Below, piece after piece: positions 1 through 13,839 of a stretch of 64,000 nucleotides of DNA. The notes under the pieces were generated by a model. It was not told where the DNA came from, did no database searches, and was given only the letters and a program-made list of their open reading frames with translations. This DNA is from Lama guanicoe (lineage: Eukaryota). The translations under genes were made by a program, and so were the position numbers. Every line of letters starts with the position of its first letter. The first letter of the stretch is position 1. Location: assembly GCA_013239625.1 (NCBI GenBank), contig MU054187.1:14046974-14110973 (forward strand), in the 5' to 3' direction.

Positions 1-299
1 GTGTCACAGATATAAGAGTGACACACTGAGTCCCTGGAGTTCACCTAATGAGTCTCTAAATATTTTCACTAGAAATTTCTCCACTCTGGCACGGCCAACA
101 GCTTGGAGGCAAGCATTTAGATCAGGCATTATCCTGATGTGAACTGGATTTGGTAACAGGAAGAATACGTGCCAAGTGTCTGTTCCCATTAATTTCTTGT
201 CAAAACAGTCTCACTCTCACCTAGACATGAGGAAAGTCAACAATTCAACTATTTTCTCTTGAAATTTGAATAGGGGGGAAAAAGCCTTATGTGTGTAGA

Positions 300-470
300 G
301 TATTTTAGAGAATTTTGTCATGCTTAGTTCTCACAACAGCCTTCTGAATTAGGTATTATTTATTAATAAAGGACCAGAGAGGTTGGGAATCTTGTTCAAG
401 TTCTCACTGGTCACTGGTGAATAGTAGAATGAGGCCTCACCACATCTGGCTTCAAGTCCAGCGCTCTGAG
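300..470 (-). mobile_element. MIR SINE fragment
   Basis: Degenerate MIR core (ctcacaacagcc...cagagaggttgg...cttgttcaag). Confidence 0.55.
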
Positions 471-1586
471 AAACCACAAGAAACTGTGTTTAGTTAGGTT
501 CTTTTTTTTCTATTAGTATTCAAAATCATGTAAATGAAAGTAGAGGTGCATTTATTGTCCTGCAGTTTGTTTAAAGCAGCAGTAGATCATGCCACATGGT
601 AATGACTTAAGATAAATGACATTGACCATCTTTAGCACATAGGTGTGCCCATTTGGAATTCTAGTCGTAAGATACACATCGCTAGGTTAAAGAAAAGAAT
701 TTATTATTCACAATGTAACATGACATACACATTAGGCTGAAGGAAGCCACTTGATTTTCAAAAAGCAAAAAATTAGACTTTAGAACTACTTCTGAGTTCA
801 GAAATATGGTCTAATAGAGTATTATTAGACCATTCATTTAGCAAAGACTAGGTGTGCACCCTTATATTCTATAGAAGGCATTGTGTTTGGTGCTGGAGTA
901 CAGCCCCCAGCCTCATGGGGCTTACTGCCTTGCCCACTTCAAGCCAGGCTGAGGATCAATCGAGGTGCTGAAAAATGTCTCTTCTGGGTGTGGAAATACC
1001 ACTCAGTTATCAAACCAGGGAAGCGTATGAAAGGAACAAGTGAAACGCTTTTCCAAAGAACTGTTTTCCTAAGTAATGGATGAAATGGTATAAATGGAAG
1101 TCTGACGCATAATTAATTTTGAATCACAGTTTAGATTAACGTTTGAGATAGCAAATTGTTCATCTGATCGAGTAAAGTTACGAATTGTCTTTCCTTATTA
1201 ACTGATAAATTGAAAAATAATTTTTCAATTATACTGCTTGTCAAAATAGCTAATAATAGTCTATTGCTAATAACTAGAGCAAAATTTGATATCAGTGAAA
1301 AATCTATCACAAGTTTTATATTTTAATAGTGTGTTGATGGTTATTTGGTGAAAAACAAAGCATTTTAATGTCTTTTCTTACTTCCTATTGATGATAGGCA
1401 ACATTTCAGCAATATATCACTTGTTGAGTCCTCTGAATTTCTAAATAGAAGATATTTAAAATTCAGTATTGAAAAATTATTTAGCTTGACTTAAGGAGTT
1501 TATTCACTAGGTCCTGGTGAATTTCAAAAAAAAAAATATATAAGGTAGTTTTTTCCACTGCCACTGTCCTTACCTAAACAAGAACT

Positions 1587-1629
1587 AAAAAAAAAAAAAA
1601 AAAAAAAAAAGAGAGAGAGAGAGAGAGAG
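1587..1629 (+). repeat. polyA followed by (GA)n
   Basis: Directly visible. Confidence 0.95.
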
Positions 1630-4600
1630 CCAACAAAATCCAAGTAAAAGATCTAAATGTTCAAAGGTCCATCCCTAATAAGAAATAAGAAAGGTTCCCA
1701 TTCCAAAATCTTGGTGAACATTCTCTATTTTTGAAGTTAACACTCACTGTAATATAATGCTGTCTTTTAGTGTCTCCAATTACCATTTCTTCTATTTGCC
1801 CTTTTTAAACAGCCTGACTTAATCTCATAAACCTTTTTTGCCATTGCCATAATGCATAATCTCTTCCTCATTAAGTCTAAAAGAGTTTAAACCCATAAAT
1901 ATACATTTAAATAAAGAAAAGGGGGATTCTCTTTAATAAGACAACCCACAGCCAGCAAAAGATACAAGACCCCAAAAGAAGAAGAAAGACTAAGAAATAG
2001 GTAGGTAAATCAATTGTACTTTTAAGGAGAGAAAATTGTACTAGGTACGTGTATTTACTCACATAAAATTTACTCTAAATATTTCTTAACATGAAATTTA
2101 CAGTTGAGACCATAATTCCAACTTTAAATTTTCTCCTGAAGAAATTATTTCTTATTAGCTAACCGATGCTTCCATATTGCTGGGATTAAAATATTTCATT
2201 CAACAAGCATTATTGTCTACCATGTGCCAGAAATTAATTTATGTACCATTTATTCCCTCAACAGTCTAGGAGAGGTTTCATGTTTAAAGAGATGATATTC
2301 CAGTTCCACAGGGTGAGCTGGAAATAGTATGACAATATGTTTGAGGTTTTGGTCTGAGAATTTCTCTAATCGACTTTTATTTTCTCTCAGACTCAAGTTA
2401 CTTATTTTCATTCCTTAATCTAGAATCTGAGTGGCCACCACATGAGCTTTCTGAACTTGCATGCTTAAAATTATAGTAGCTGTCTGGAATCTAGGAACAA
2501 TTTACTTTAATGTAAATATTGCCCACTTCAGCCAAAGGACCTACAATTCTAGCAAAAATGATACTGAAAATAGTTTCATATGCACCCATAACTGTTTTGT
2601 TTGATTTTCTTTAACCCTAGCCTGTAGGCTGAGATAGAAACTATCACAATTTACTGATTTGAAGAAAGCGTAATGCTAATCTGTGTTCATCCACTGTGGG
2701 CAATGCTGGCAAGCAATATAGCTGAATGGTTGTTCTTTTAGTTATTTTTTGATAAAAGGCTTTAGGTTGCATACCAAACAATAAAATGGACTTCCAAAAC
2801 CAAGACTTAGGAAAAGAGACACAGAGTAGTGGCAAAGACGGAGGTAAAGGCACAGATTCAGGAAGGATGTCAGAAGCTCGCCATCCTGCTTTTTATTCCC
2901 CATGTTGAGAGCCCTCTAGTGGTCAAGTTTGACAGAAAGCGGAATTCTATGTGCCAAGGAAGGATGAGTTAAGGGAGGACTTGAGGTTCTCTACTATTTT
3001 CCACCTTCCAGTACCTGTGCATATAGTCAAAAATCACAACTACGTCCCACATATTTTTTTCAGTGATCTTATTTCTCAGTTTTCATTTTCTTATGCCAAA
3101 ATATCTGATAAAACTGTTGCTGCCCTCTGCACAGCACTTTCAAAATATTTCCATCTACTGCTTCCAAATCAAAACATAATCACAAGTTTAGCTAAATATT
3201 TAGCAGTGTTCTAGTCTGCACTCTGGAGATACAGCAAATGCTATTTTGACCTTTCTGCCATTAGTGGAAAGGTAGAAAAGAACTCAAAGTGGTGATTTTT
3301 TTTTTTTTAAAGAATCACAAACCTGTAAGACAAACCCACAGCCTCCATTCCACTTGAAGATTTCAAGTGGAACCTGAAATACCCCTGAACTGACCCTGGG
3401 GAAAAAAAAAAGAAAAACAGGTGGTTTCTAATCTTCCAAGCAACATCTGTGGGTACTGGCCAGAAATTCTGTTACAGCCAGATTTCTCCCGTCCTTTAAA
3501 CCAAGATGCTTCTAACATTCTTATTTGCAGCATATGGATTAGGCTGTAATTTTAACCTGCAGATTATATGTACATCATAATATTTAATTGAAATTAGGAG
3601 GACTTTTCATAAAGAAAACACAGACGGTAATATGTATTAATATGACCCAAATTACTTAGCCAACAAAATTTTATCACCAGAATTAGCAAATATGGATATA
3701 CTATGAAAGTCTCACTAAAGAATTTGTGAAATCGTCCCATTTATTTCAATGTCAAAGGAAAAAAAATGGAAAACCTGCAACTTACAAAATACTGGGTCTG
3801 GCATACAATAGCCAAGTTTCAAACGTATGCAATTTTAAAGAGGTAGGATATTAAACCATTAAAAATTCAACAGTGAATGTATAAAAAAGGTTTATTAAGC
3901 AAGTATAAGGTACCATTAGCACACTGAAGCATTTTTAATAACCTTTCATTTAACTGCATAATGACGCCATCTGCTCCTAGCGCCTTGCTTTCAATCTGAA
4001 AGCTTTCCTGCTTTATATTGTTGCTTGTGTGTTTGCTTGCTTGCTTGCTTTTGTTTGAAGAAGCGAGGGTAAGTGGGAGAACAGGCTTAAAGGGGAAAGT
4101 GATTGGGTAAATTACTAAACTACCTTCTGTGCCCTGAGCTGCGGTAGAAACCGTCTGTGGAAGTGACTTGACCTTCTCACTCCCTTCTCCCTTCTTTTCA
4201 AGTTTCATCCTCTTGGTTTGGAAACAGATTCTTTTGATCAAATCTCAGATGCTGTCATCCAGATTTGTCATTCCTCTCCTGTCTGCAGTACCCAAGAGCA
4301 ATCCCTCCTTAGGGTCTGCTTGGATATACAGGACTTCAGTTTCAAGCCAAATGAGCTGGTAGCAATAGCAACTTGGAGTCCAAAGTAAAGGAGGCTTTCC
4401 AGGTGGTCAGAAATCTTAGAGAAGCCTAGGGACAAAGGAAATGTCTCTACACCTTGTCATAGTGTGATTTGACCAACAAAGCAATGACACAGTGTTTTTC
4501 CCACTACTAACAAAAGAACAATAATTTGTAAAACCTCTATTAAGTTCTTGAACTTCAAAGGCAAATAAGTAGGTTATTTGCTATGAAAAATATTGCTATG

Positions 4601-7337
4601 AAAAAAGTGAGTTGGTGCCCAACTCACTAATTTATCAGAAGATACCCTAAATGCAAACTTTCCACTAAATTTTTGTGTGTAACCTGATTCATGTGTCTGT
4701 TTTCATGGCAGAATACAAAAAGGCAAATACCAATAGGATCCTTTTCATCGTTTTTAATAGTAACATTTTAATCAGGGGAAACTGGTATTACTGTGGTAGT
4801 TTTTATATGGTTCTCAACCAAAATTGTAATGGCCATTTAAACAAAGCTTTAGCAAGAGATACTAGAAATGGACAGAAGGCCATATTGAAAAACTACATTA
4901 CTGTACATCCAATGAGAAATAATTCATGTTTGGATTAGGATTTTAAGTTTTTGCATGTAGAAATATCTTTAGGTGGTCATTTGAAATTAATATTTCTCAT
5001 CTTACTATAAATATGAGTTTTTTAAAGACTATTAAAAATGAAATGAGGTCGTAAATAGTAAAGCACCTAGCAAAATGCCTGAAGACAAATAAGAAGATTT
5101 TTTTTAAGTATTCCAGAAGAAAGCATTTAATTCACATTTGTGTGCTAATTACTTGGTCTTCTAAAATTCTCTTGTGGCTTTTTGGACAATCAAAATTTGA
5201 AATGTTGTAAGTTTAAATGTATGATTTTATTCAGTGTTACCTTAATAGAGACAGCATTTTATTTGCCATTTTATATATATATATATACATATATATATAT
5301 AGCCATCTCATGTGACTTTAAAGATAGGTTGACATTTTTCAGACAAATAACATGCTATGAAAACTTATGTAATGCATTTTTTTACCTAACAGCCTTAGAT
5401 TTTTCATGTTTAATAGACAAATGTCAATTTCTCTAAGAGAAAAATCAGCTTCTTACAATTACTAAGACTTTAGATATATTCTATTTGAAGAGTCTTATAC
5501 ACCATCCTTATTACCACAAAATTAAACATACTTAGTCACGATGTGAATATTCAACATACTGTTCCATTTTTATGCTTTAAATATTTGTAAACCTGAGGAT
5601 ATATTTCATAAAGTAATTTAAAGCAGAATTTTGTCCCAGATTTACTTTAATTGGCGATTTGCCAGATTAAACTATAAAATGAGAACAAAAAATTTCAGTA
5701 AAAAACATACTTCATTAAATTTTGTGTTTAGAATCTAGAGTATGAACTATCATCAGATTTCATCTGAGACTTTTTTGTTTTATTTATTTTCTTTATGTTA
5801 AAATCTCATTGATCAAGAAAGGTAACAGAGGAGGAGGCTTGTTTTCTATTTCAATTTATTTAAGATGCCAAGTCACAAAAATTTAACTAAAGCTCTTACT
5901 TCCTGTGGGTGATGACCAAGGACCACATGTAATGCGGCACACGTAGTCCTTACACTGACTAAATGCAACTAGTCCAACCAAATCAGTGTGGTCACTGTGC
6001 AACCACAGGGATGCAACGAAGTCCAGCGTTAAAGACAGGCTTACTTTGGGTAGATCTTCCATTGAATCTGCAAAGGAATTTCCATGATATGCTAAAATTT
6101 CACCTTCACAGTATCCGGTATCCATCATTAGTAAACTGAAAATAATACTTGGATTTTAACGAGGGTTTTTTGATTTGTCTTTTGGTTTTTGGTTTTGTTT
6201 CTGGTTCTTTGGGGCTTTTTTTGTTTTTTGTTTGTGTTTAGTAATTTTATGAAAGTTTTAGTATAACACATTACTTAGTCTGGGGTTTCAATCAACTTAC
6301 GACGCTTTAAAAAAAAATCCATGTTCTAAAGCATAACTGCATGACAGTGTAGGTCTTATTACCACTTAGTTATAGCTTAATGAATACTGTATTCCTACCT
6401 GTTTTCTCAAAAAACAAAGTTCCTAGCTTATTAAATAGTATTCAGATTAAGCTTTGTGCTACCCAGTCGGCTCCCTAAATGTATTTATTACCTGTCTTTA
6501 CATAGCTTGTGTAAAAACTCAATGTCAACTGTCCTTGTCTGCTGCTTTTAAAAGCTGCTGGTGTGACTGTCTCATCTTATTATGTCAACGCACCACGTTA
6601 CAGTGTCACGTGCATAGGCCACGGTACAAAAAGTGACTGTAAACTTGCTTACTCAACATCTAGTCCAAAAACAGGTGTCAGGCAGTGCAATAACGCCTCA
6701 CTGTATGAATCATTTCAACCTATGCGTTATCATAAATACCGACGTCGTGTTTTTTAACTGTCTTTTCAGGCTTGTAATAAAAATCTCTGCATCGCATCTA
6801 CGTAGTCTAAACATGTCGAGTAATTCAGTTTAAAAGTGTTGTCTCCCAACAAACTAAAGAGAAATAGCTGCTGGATTTTTCCAGATAACTGCTTAATTGA
6901 TTTTCCATTGCCAACGTAGACCTGCCTTAAGTGGTTTCCTTCACCACAATTGTGTGTAAAACAAAGGGAGGCTATTGTGGTGAATGCTTACCTAATACCA
7001 TTAGTTCTGTTCTCTAGTCAAGGATATATGTTCCTCAGAAGTGACCCATTTAGTGATGTCCAGTAGTTAAAAGAGTGCACATTATTTTCCTTTTGGTCTT
7101 CAAAACCTAAAGTTGGATATCTATAAAATTAACATATGTAGACTTTCAGAGGCTAGCATTTTAGGGAGAAAAGAGGGCAGAGGAGGAAAGAAGGTGAGGA
7201 GATGAAGGAGAAAGAAAGGGAAAGAAAACAAGAAAGCTAATAGAGAAAAACAAATCTCCAAATGAGTTAAATAAGGAAAACTAAGGTTTATCATGTACAT
7301 TTTTTTGAAAAGTTGATCAGCTTTTGGGAAGGCCATA

Positions 7338-7339
7338 CG

Positions 7340-7376
<37 letters not shown>
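7338..7376 (+). repeat. (TG)n microsatellite
   Basis: Directly visible. Confidence 0.95.
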
Positions 7377-8974
7377 GGACATAAGTGTGTTTAGGGTCAG
7401 GAGGGGGAGCCTGAACTATCCACTGCTTTTTGTGGTTAACTCGAGTCATATATTATTAAAAACAAATGTCTAACTCCGCAAACTCATTAATTCAGTGTTT
7501 AATGTTAGAATGACCTTCTGGTTAAACTCAGGACAACTCTGTGACTGTTCACAAAGTAATTTTCACTGACGGTGAAACTATAAAACTATCAGTAATGAAT
7601 GCACATAAAAAGCCTTGCTGGGAATAATCGTGGGGAATTTCCCTCTAAAACCGGTTGATAAACAACCTGTTCTTTTTTTCTCAACTTGTAGGGATGTTAA
7701 TAGTTTCTATTAAGTCCCTAACATCTCCCAGATTAAAAACACTCAAAACTATTTTTAAAAACCAAGGAATATAGAGTATCAGAAATTCAAAGTTAAATAA
7801 TAGTTCTTAAAATTGCTGTATACGTTAATACAATTTCGTATTTCTAAGTTACGTATGGTATTAAACACATAGGTATAGTCGCATGAAGCATCACTCTCTT
7901 ATTAATTTGGATGTTTTAGAGGGTTTTCATACCATCTATGAATGCTCTGAATGCTGCAGGGAAAAAGAAGCACAATCAGTATTTTATTTCTGAAGATTTA
8001 TTTTGAAGATTTCTCAGTCGGGTTATCCTGTCTGGTCTACACACATAATAGCATTAGCATTTCATCTTATACTATGTTGAAATATTTTTAATATAAACTC
8101 TCAATAGAAGCCAGAGTTTATGTATGCATAAGTGGTACGTCTTGTCTAGTCTCATTCATCTGCCTCAACATGCTTTATTTCATTCTATCTGCAAACAAAA
8201 ATGTTTTGATTTCAGTTTTGTAAAGAGGATACGATTTAGCATACTCGTGTTTGTTCAGCTGTCCATCCTTCACCATTAATACAATGCCTTTCTCGCCCAT
8301 TTGATGGTGTTTGTATCAGTGTCCCCATATCTGCTGCATTTTAACTCCATGAAAAGAAAATGTGATTTTGTAGTAGTAGTTTTGCTGATCAGCTCAATAT
8401 TTCTGCACCAGTCAGCATCCGTATATGCATGTAGTAGTCTGTACGATTGTTCAACATCAAAAAACTTGTTTCCTTTATGTCAAAATGTCTGTTAAATTGC
8501 TGGCATTGTTCTCCATTCCAGTCCGGTAGAATAAGCAAGACAGACAATAAATGTGTAAATGAATCATCTGTGTCATTTCAGTTCTCTGCATGAAGCCACT
8601 TCACATCGAGCATGGCATACGTGCCTGCCACCGAATAATCCGTGGTTCCTTGACACCTCATTACTGACAGTTGAGGCAGGTGGCTTTTGGAGGAAGTGGA
8701 GGAAAAAAACTGCCAAGTCTGGAAAAAAAATGAAAGTTGGATCCATCGCCATTCAAAGTACTCTCCTTTTCAAATGAATCCTTTTAGAGAGCCTACGGCT
8801 GAATCACTTGGTTTATATTTAAAAAAAAAAAACAAAAAACCACTCAGTGCACACCGCCTTGCCAAAACTCTGGGGTGAGATCATCAAAGAATTCTGAGAT
8901 CGTCTCCCACTGCCATTCCTAAAACCAACTCAGGGCAGTCTTTGTTGGATAAAGCAAATCTTATCTCCTGACCT

Positions 8975-9155
8975 CAGAGCTAGCTTCATGGGTGTGTGAT
9001 CTGTGCAGTCACACAGAGGAGCCAACGCTTAGGAGAGTCCAGCACTTAATTTAATAACCCTGCTGTCGCCATCTTGAAATTCTGAATAATGTCTGAGTAA
9101 GGAACTCTGTATTTTCATTTTGCGTTGGACCTCATAAATCATATAGCCAGTCCTG
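8975..9155 (+). mobile_element. MER91A-like hAT DNA transposon
   Basis: cagagctagcttcatgggtgtgtgatctgtgcagtcacacag...tagccagtcctg matches the recalled MER91A consensus end to end. Confidence 0.8.
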
Positions 9156-9239
9156 CCTAACGGGGAAAGATAAATGCTAAGCCTGCCAATAGAGTCAGGT
9201 TCTCCAAGGCAAGAAGTTAACAGATAGTGAGGAGAGGCT

Positions 9240-9460
9240 TATTTATTTAATAAACTCTCATAGAGCACTTACTATGTGCCAAATCCTATACATACATTTA
9301 TTCATTTAATCCTCATAATATAGTCATATTTTCACCCTCATTTTACAGAAGAGGACACTGAGGCACAGAAAAGTAGTTTGTTCAAGGTCACACAGCTAGT
9401 GAGGCCAGGATTTGAATCTAGGTAGCTTGGCTACAGGGTTTGGGTGCTTGACCATTTAGG
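9240..9460 (-). mobile_element. MIR SINE
   Basis: cattttacagaagaggacactgaggcacaga...aaggtcacacagctagt...ggatttgaatctagg. Confidence 0.85.
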
Positions 9461-11089
9461 CCAATGCTGGCTCTTGCTTTGCTTGGCTGCCTTTCCAGCA
9501 AGGAAAACTTCCTCATAGAGTGTTGAGTATCCGCGTTACAGTCTTTACCTGAAAGGCCATTCCTTAATAGTCTGAAAGTTTCAAGAGTGTAAATAAGTTA
9601 ACAAGTGATGGCTATTAATATTAAGTAAAATATTGCCAGTGTGTTTCTGGCTCAACACAGCTATAGTTACAGAGCACCTGGTGTCTCTACACCTCAGTCC
9701 TATACTGAGCACCGAGGGGAAAGAAGTGACAAGGGGAATGGGCTGGCCTTGGACTCAGTGACACTTTCCTCCATCCGCTCCCTCCTAGCTCCGATAACCA
9801 CCACTCTCTTCCAAAAGCAAGAGGTCCTCATCCTGGTCGTCATTTCATTTAAAAGAGGAAAAAGCACATGAAGCATGCATTATTATGGACGTAAGAGGTC
9901 GGGGCTGGCAAAGTAGAGAAATTCTGAGAATTAGACAAGGAGTAATGTGCTCACCAGTCTTTGGAACCTTCAAGAGCCCTTCTCTCTGGGCTAAAGTTCA
10001 AGGTCCAAAGCTGTGGGTAAGGGAAGAGGGATCCCCCAGAAGCCTGCTACACCTGCACCCTCCAGGCGTAACTGCACCACCCAGAGCAGCCCTTCCAGTC
10101 AAAAGCCCATGGATTTCTCTGTCACCCCAGAGGGTCAGCAGCCCCCAGGATAAAGGTGATCTATCCATGGAAGGAAACAGAAATCTTTCTCCCACATAAG
10201 CATCTCCATTTCACCCACCACACTCCACTTCCCAGACTCTACCTTTCTGAAATTTCAGGAAACACAGACTAAGAGAGAAATAATGAGAAGTCAGGAAAGG
10301 AGTCACCCATTTCTACGATTCCATTCATCTCGTAAGAAACGGAATGAAGCAGCCTTCAGCTCTTTCCCTTTGTTGACCTGGCTGAATGCAAAATTCTCAC
10401 CCTTTCGGTACAGTCCCTTCTTTCTGCTCCAGTCCACCCTAGCCAAGCTCCACCCTCGGCCTTAGAAAAACAAATCCTACAGTGCATGATCTGGGCCACA
10501 AAAAAGATGGAGGTGGAAGCAGGGAATAATAGCATGGCATCTACTCTGAGCGAACTGAAAAAAGAACTTTTCCCCTTCTCCACCTTTCCCCGCATTCAGC
10601 CTAGTGTAAACAGATGGTTTTAACAGCGTGACTCAGTGGCTGCGGAACAGCAGATACAGCACTGGAGCCAAACCTGAGCACGTTCCTTACTCCAGAGTTT
10701 TCCTTTCTCAACCCTTGTTCCTCCTCTGACGTCTTCTAAGAGCTAAAGATGATAAAGCTCCCCCAGCAAAACTTTAGAGCTTAATTTGCAAAGTGGGCAG
10801 CTGTCCTCACCAGGGGAAATTTTGTTTGGAAGCCTCTGATTCCATTGGCTGAAACACTGTGACACCTCACGTGACTTTGAACCATGTTGTTCCCCACCTG
10901 CAGACATAGCCAGTGTGATGCCAGGAAGCATCAGCACAGAGCTCGAAATACCAGACTCATCACAAGGCTCAGGGTTGTAAAAAGACGCAGGCTTTCCCTC
11001 TGGTCTCTGTAACTCACCCATAGTCTGGATGAACTTAAAGCACCTTCAGAGGAGAGTCACAATGACTGTGACCTCTCTGGCCAAACTGG

Positions 11090-11121
<32 letters not shown>

Positions 11122-13080
11122 AACATGTTCAAGGACTTTTTTTAAAAATTATAACCCGATATTGGAAGACAGGAATAGCACTCATATGATAACAGAAATA
11201 TTCTGTTGAGTGATTTTTATAATAGTCAACCTGTAAGTGTTTAATACATATTGTGTCTTTCTGTGCTAGGCACAGTGCTGAGCACCAGGGACCCAAGACT
11301 AATAAGATGGAGTCCCTGCTTTCAAAGAGCTTGCAGTCATCATCACGGGGATGGCAAACAGCTGGCACAAAGGCGGCCATTCCTTCCAGCCCCCTGTCCT
11401 CACCTGTGACAACCATAAATCATGCATTCCTTTCCAGTGAGCCAGGATACAGCAGTCAACCATTGCCAGGCAAGTCAGAGCTGATAATCCCAAAATGACT
11501 CCATCTTCCTTTATCACCAAAGACCCTGATGTCTCCTTCTACAGCCATGATGGTGATAATGGTTATTTTGACAGCTAACATACTTGGAGCACCTATTATG
11601 TGCCAGACTCTGGTCCAAGAGCTTTATACGCACTACCTCCTTCCATCCCATTTCTCTAAGGTGGTTGGTTAACTGAAATCTGATGTGGTCCTCCCTGGAG
11701 ATGCATTTAAAGGCAATGGGAATAAACTCCAGCCTGAGGAAATTAGATGTCCTTCAGATGAATTTTCCACAAGTGATGGATGTTTCACATTAGTGATAAC
11801 GAGAGAGCTGGTGAGACCTGCTTCGCAGGATGTCTTCAGAATTAGGACAGATTCTCACGCAGCTGTAATGAGAAGTGCAAACCTGCTGGAATGAAGAAGG
11901 GCAACTCAGATGGCCTTTCGGTGTTCTTTTCATTTCCAAGATCCTATCCTTTGTGGCACTCCAGAATCAAATTTATTTTTTTACTAAAGTCTGTGGTAAA
12001 TTGTATTCATTAAATTGTCTCCACATGCACTTAGCAGAGATGACAAATTAGCAAAGGTAGGGGGAGGCAAGCAATTTGCAAAAACATATTTTTAAGTTTC
12101 GATTAATCACATATCTACATTTTCTTTTTTCTTTTATCCTTTTTTTTTTTTTTGGCTGAAGCACAAATCTTGTTGGGACAATTACTCTCAAAAATACCTC
12201 AAGGCAAATCACTGGACATGAGGCAAAGTCCTGGAAATTCACACCAGCGAATCACTGTAATGTGCATGAGTGAATTAACTTGTGGTGAGTTGCCTTATTT
12301 TAGGATGAGTATAATTTCATGAACAATTATTACTTGTAGATGCCAATTGACTCTGAAATCCCAGTGTTTTTTTAAAAAGAAAAGCAATGCATAACATCAG
12401 ATAACATTTTTCTATTTTAAGAACTCAAAGTTCTTCCTAACTATAATTCAGAAAAATATAATTTATGTTGCACTTCATTTTAGCAAGAAATCTCCTTGTA
12501 ATGCTTACTATAAAGCCATTTCCCAAAGAAAAGCCCATTCTATTTCTAATCTTTAAATGATGGCATTCTAACATTTACGTGCTGTAACGTAGAACTATCT
12601 GGCTGTATCTATTCTTAAACCTTTGTGAAGTTTAAGAAGTCCAACCTATTAGACTCTTGGTACCCACCCCAACCATCATAAGGTTGACATACATATTCCC
12701 AAATAAATTAGAATTCCAATTTCCATTGACTAACTAAGGGGAGGAAAAAGCACATGCCAGCTGAAACAGAGAAAAGAAATGGGCACAGGAGAAATAAGAA
12801 GCTGGTAAAGCAATTTACAAATGATCAAGGTCATTATCAGATCAAGAAATACAGCAGGAGGAAAGATACAAAGTCTTCTGTCTTTTCCTTGATAGAATTT
12901 TTAGTCTTTTTTTTTTCCTTTTCCATGGCAGTTTGGAAAAATCACAAGAGAGGAGGAAGTCTAATATATCACAAGTCCTAAGCACTTCAGCTCTTTAGAG
13001 ACCTTGCCCAGTTCCCAGCTGAGCACCAACCACATCAAATGGATGCTTCCACTTAAAGAGTACAGGCTTTGGTTGAAGTG

Positions 13081-13167
13081 GGGGCAGGGGGAAGTAGCTT
13101 AGTGGCAGAGCAATGCTTAGCATGCATGAGGTCCTGGGTTCAATACTCAGTACCTCCATTAAAAAAG
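13081..13167 (+). mobile_element. tRNA-derived SINE (camelid Vic-1-like)
   Basis: A box (tagcttagtgg), B box (ggttcaatac), gcttagcatgcatgaggtcctggg core, A-rich tail. Confidence 0.85.
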
Positions 13168-13408
13168 AAAGAAAGAAAGAAGGAAGGAAGGAAAGAAGGA
13201 GGGAAGGAAGGAAGGAGGGAGGAAGGAAGGAAGGAAGGAAGGAGAGAAAGAAAGAAAGAAAGGAAGGAAGGAAGGAAAGAAGGAAAGAAAGAGGGAAGAA
13301 AGGAAGGAAGGAAGGAAAGAAGGAAAGAAAGAGGGAAGAAAGGAAGGAAGGAGGGAGGGAGGAGGGAGGGGGAGGGTGGGAGGAAGGAAGGATGGAAGGA
13401 AGGAAGAA
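13165..13408 (+). repeat. (GGAA/GAAA)n polypurine microsatellite grown from the SINE tail
   Basis: Directly visible. Confidence 0.97.
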
Positions 13409-13839
13409 ATTTAAAGGAAAAAAAGAGCACAAGGCTTTCTTAGCTCCATACGTGGTGGTCACATCACCAGGTGTGGTGCCAAGAGAGGGACACAGGACCT
13501 GGGGAGTCGGGAAGGGCATCCCCCAAGGCGACTCCAGTGACGTCACTGGAGAAACCTTACTCACCACTCAGCTCTGACCACCTCAGCTTTGGTTCCCACA
13601 CACACACCTGAGCAGGGAGTGGAGCAACCTCTTGGCCAGGAACTTTTCTTTGGTGTCAAAGTTAGGATCTGGGTGTGTAACACAGTCCCCCAGGACCTGA
13701 GTGAATGTGGAATTAGTACAAGAGTTAGAAAGAGATGCAGGAAGGAGGAAGGGAATGGTGAACACTGTCAGATTCTCTCTAGGGACTGAGGAGTCCCAAA
13801 GAGGTTGCTGACCACAAAATCTAGAATCTATATAAAAAA

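Larger units (their letters stand above)
1..8570 (+). other. Probable long 3' UTR of the upstream gene (KCNB2 by synteny)
   Basis: About 8.5 kb nearly free of interspersed repeats, AT-rich, no credible ORF, ending near AATAAA 8546-8551; KCNB2 lies upstream of TERF1 on the same strand in human (inference; no KCNB2 exon in window). Confidence 0.45.

Noticed and set aside
12995..13577. Long ORFs of 96-190 aa (K/E/R/G- or F/L/P/S-rich); similar ones at 25598-25888
   Set aside because: They are translations of stop-free GGAA/GAAA microsatellites
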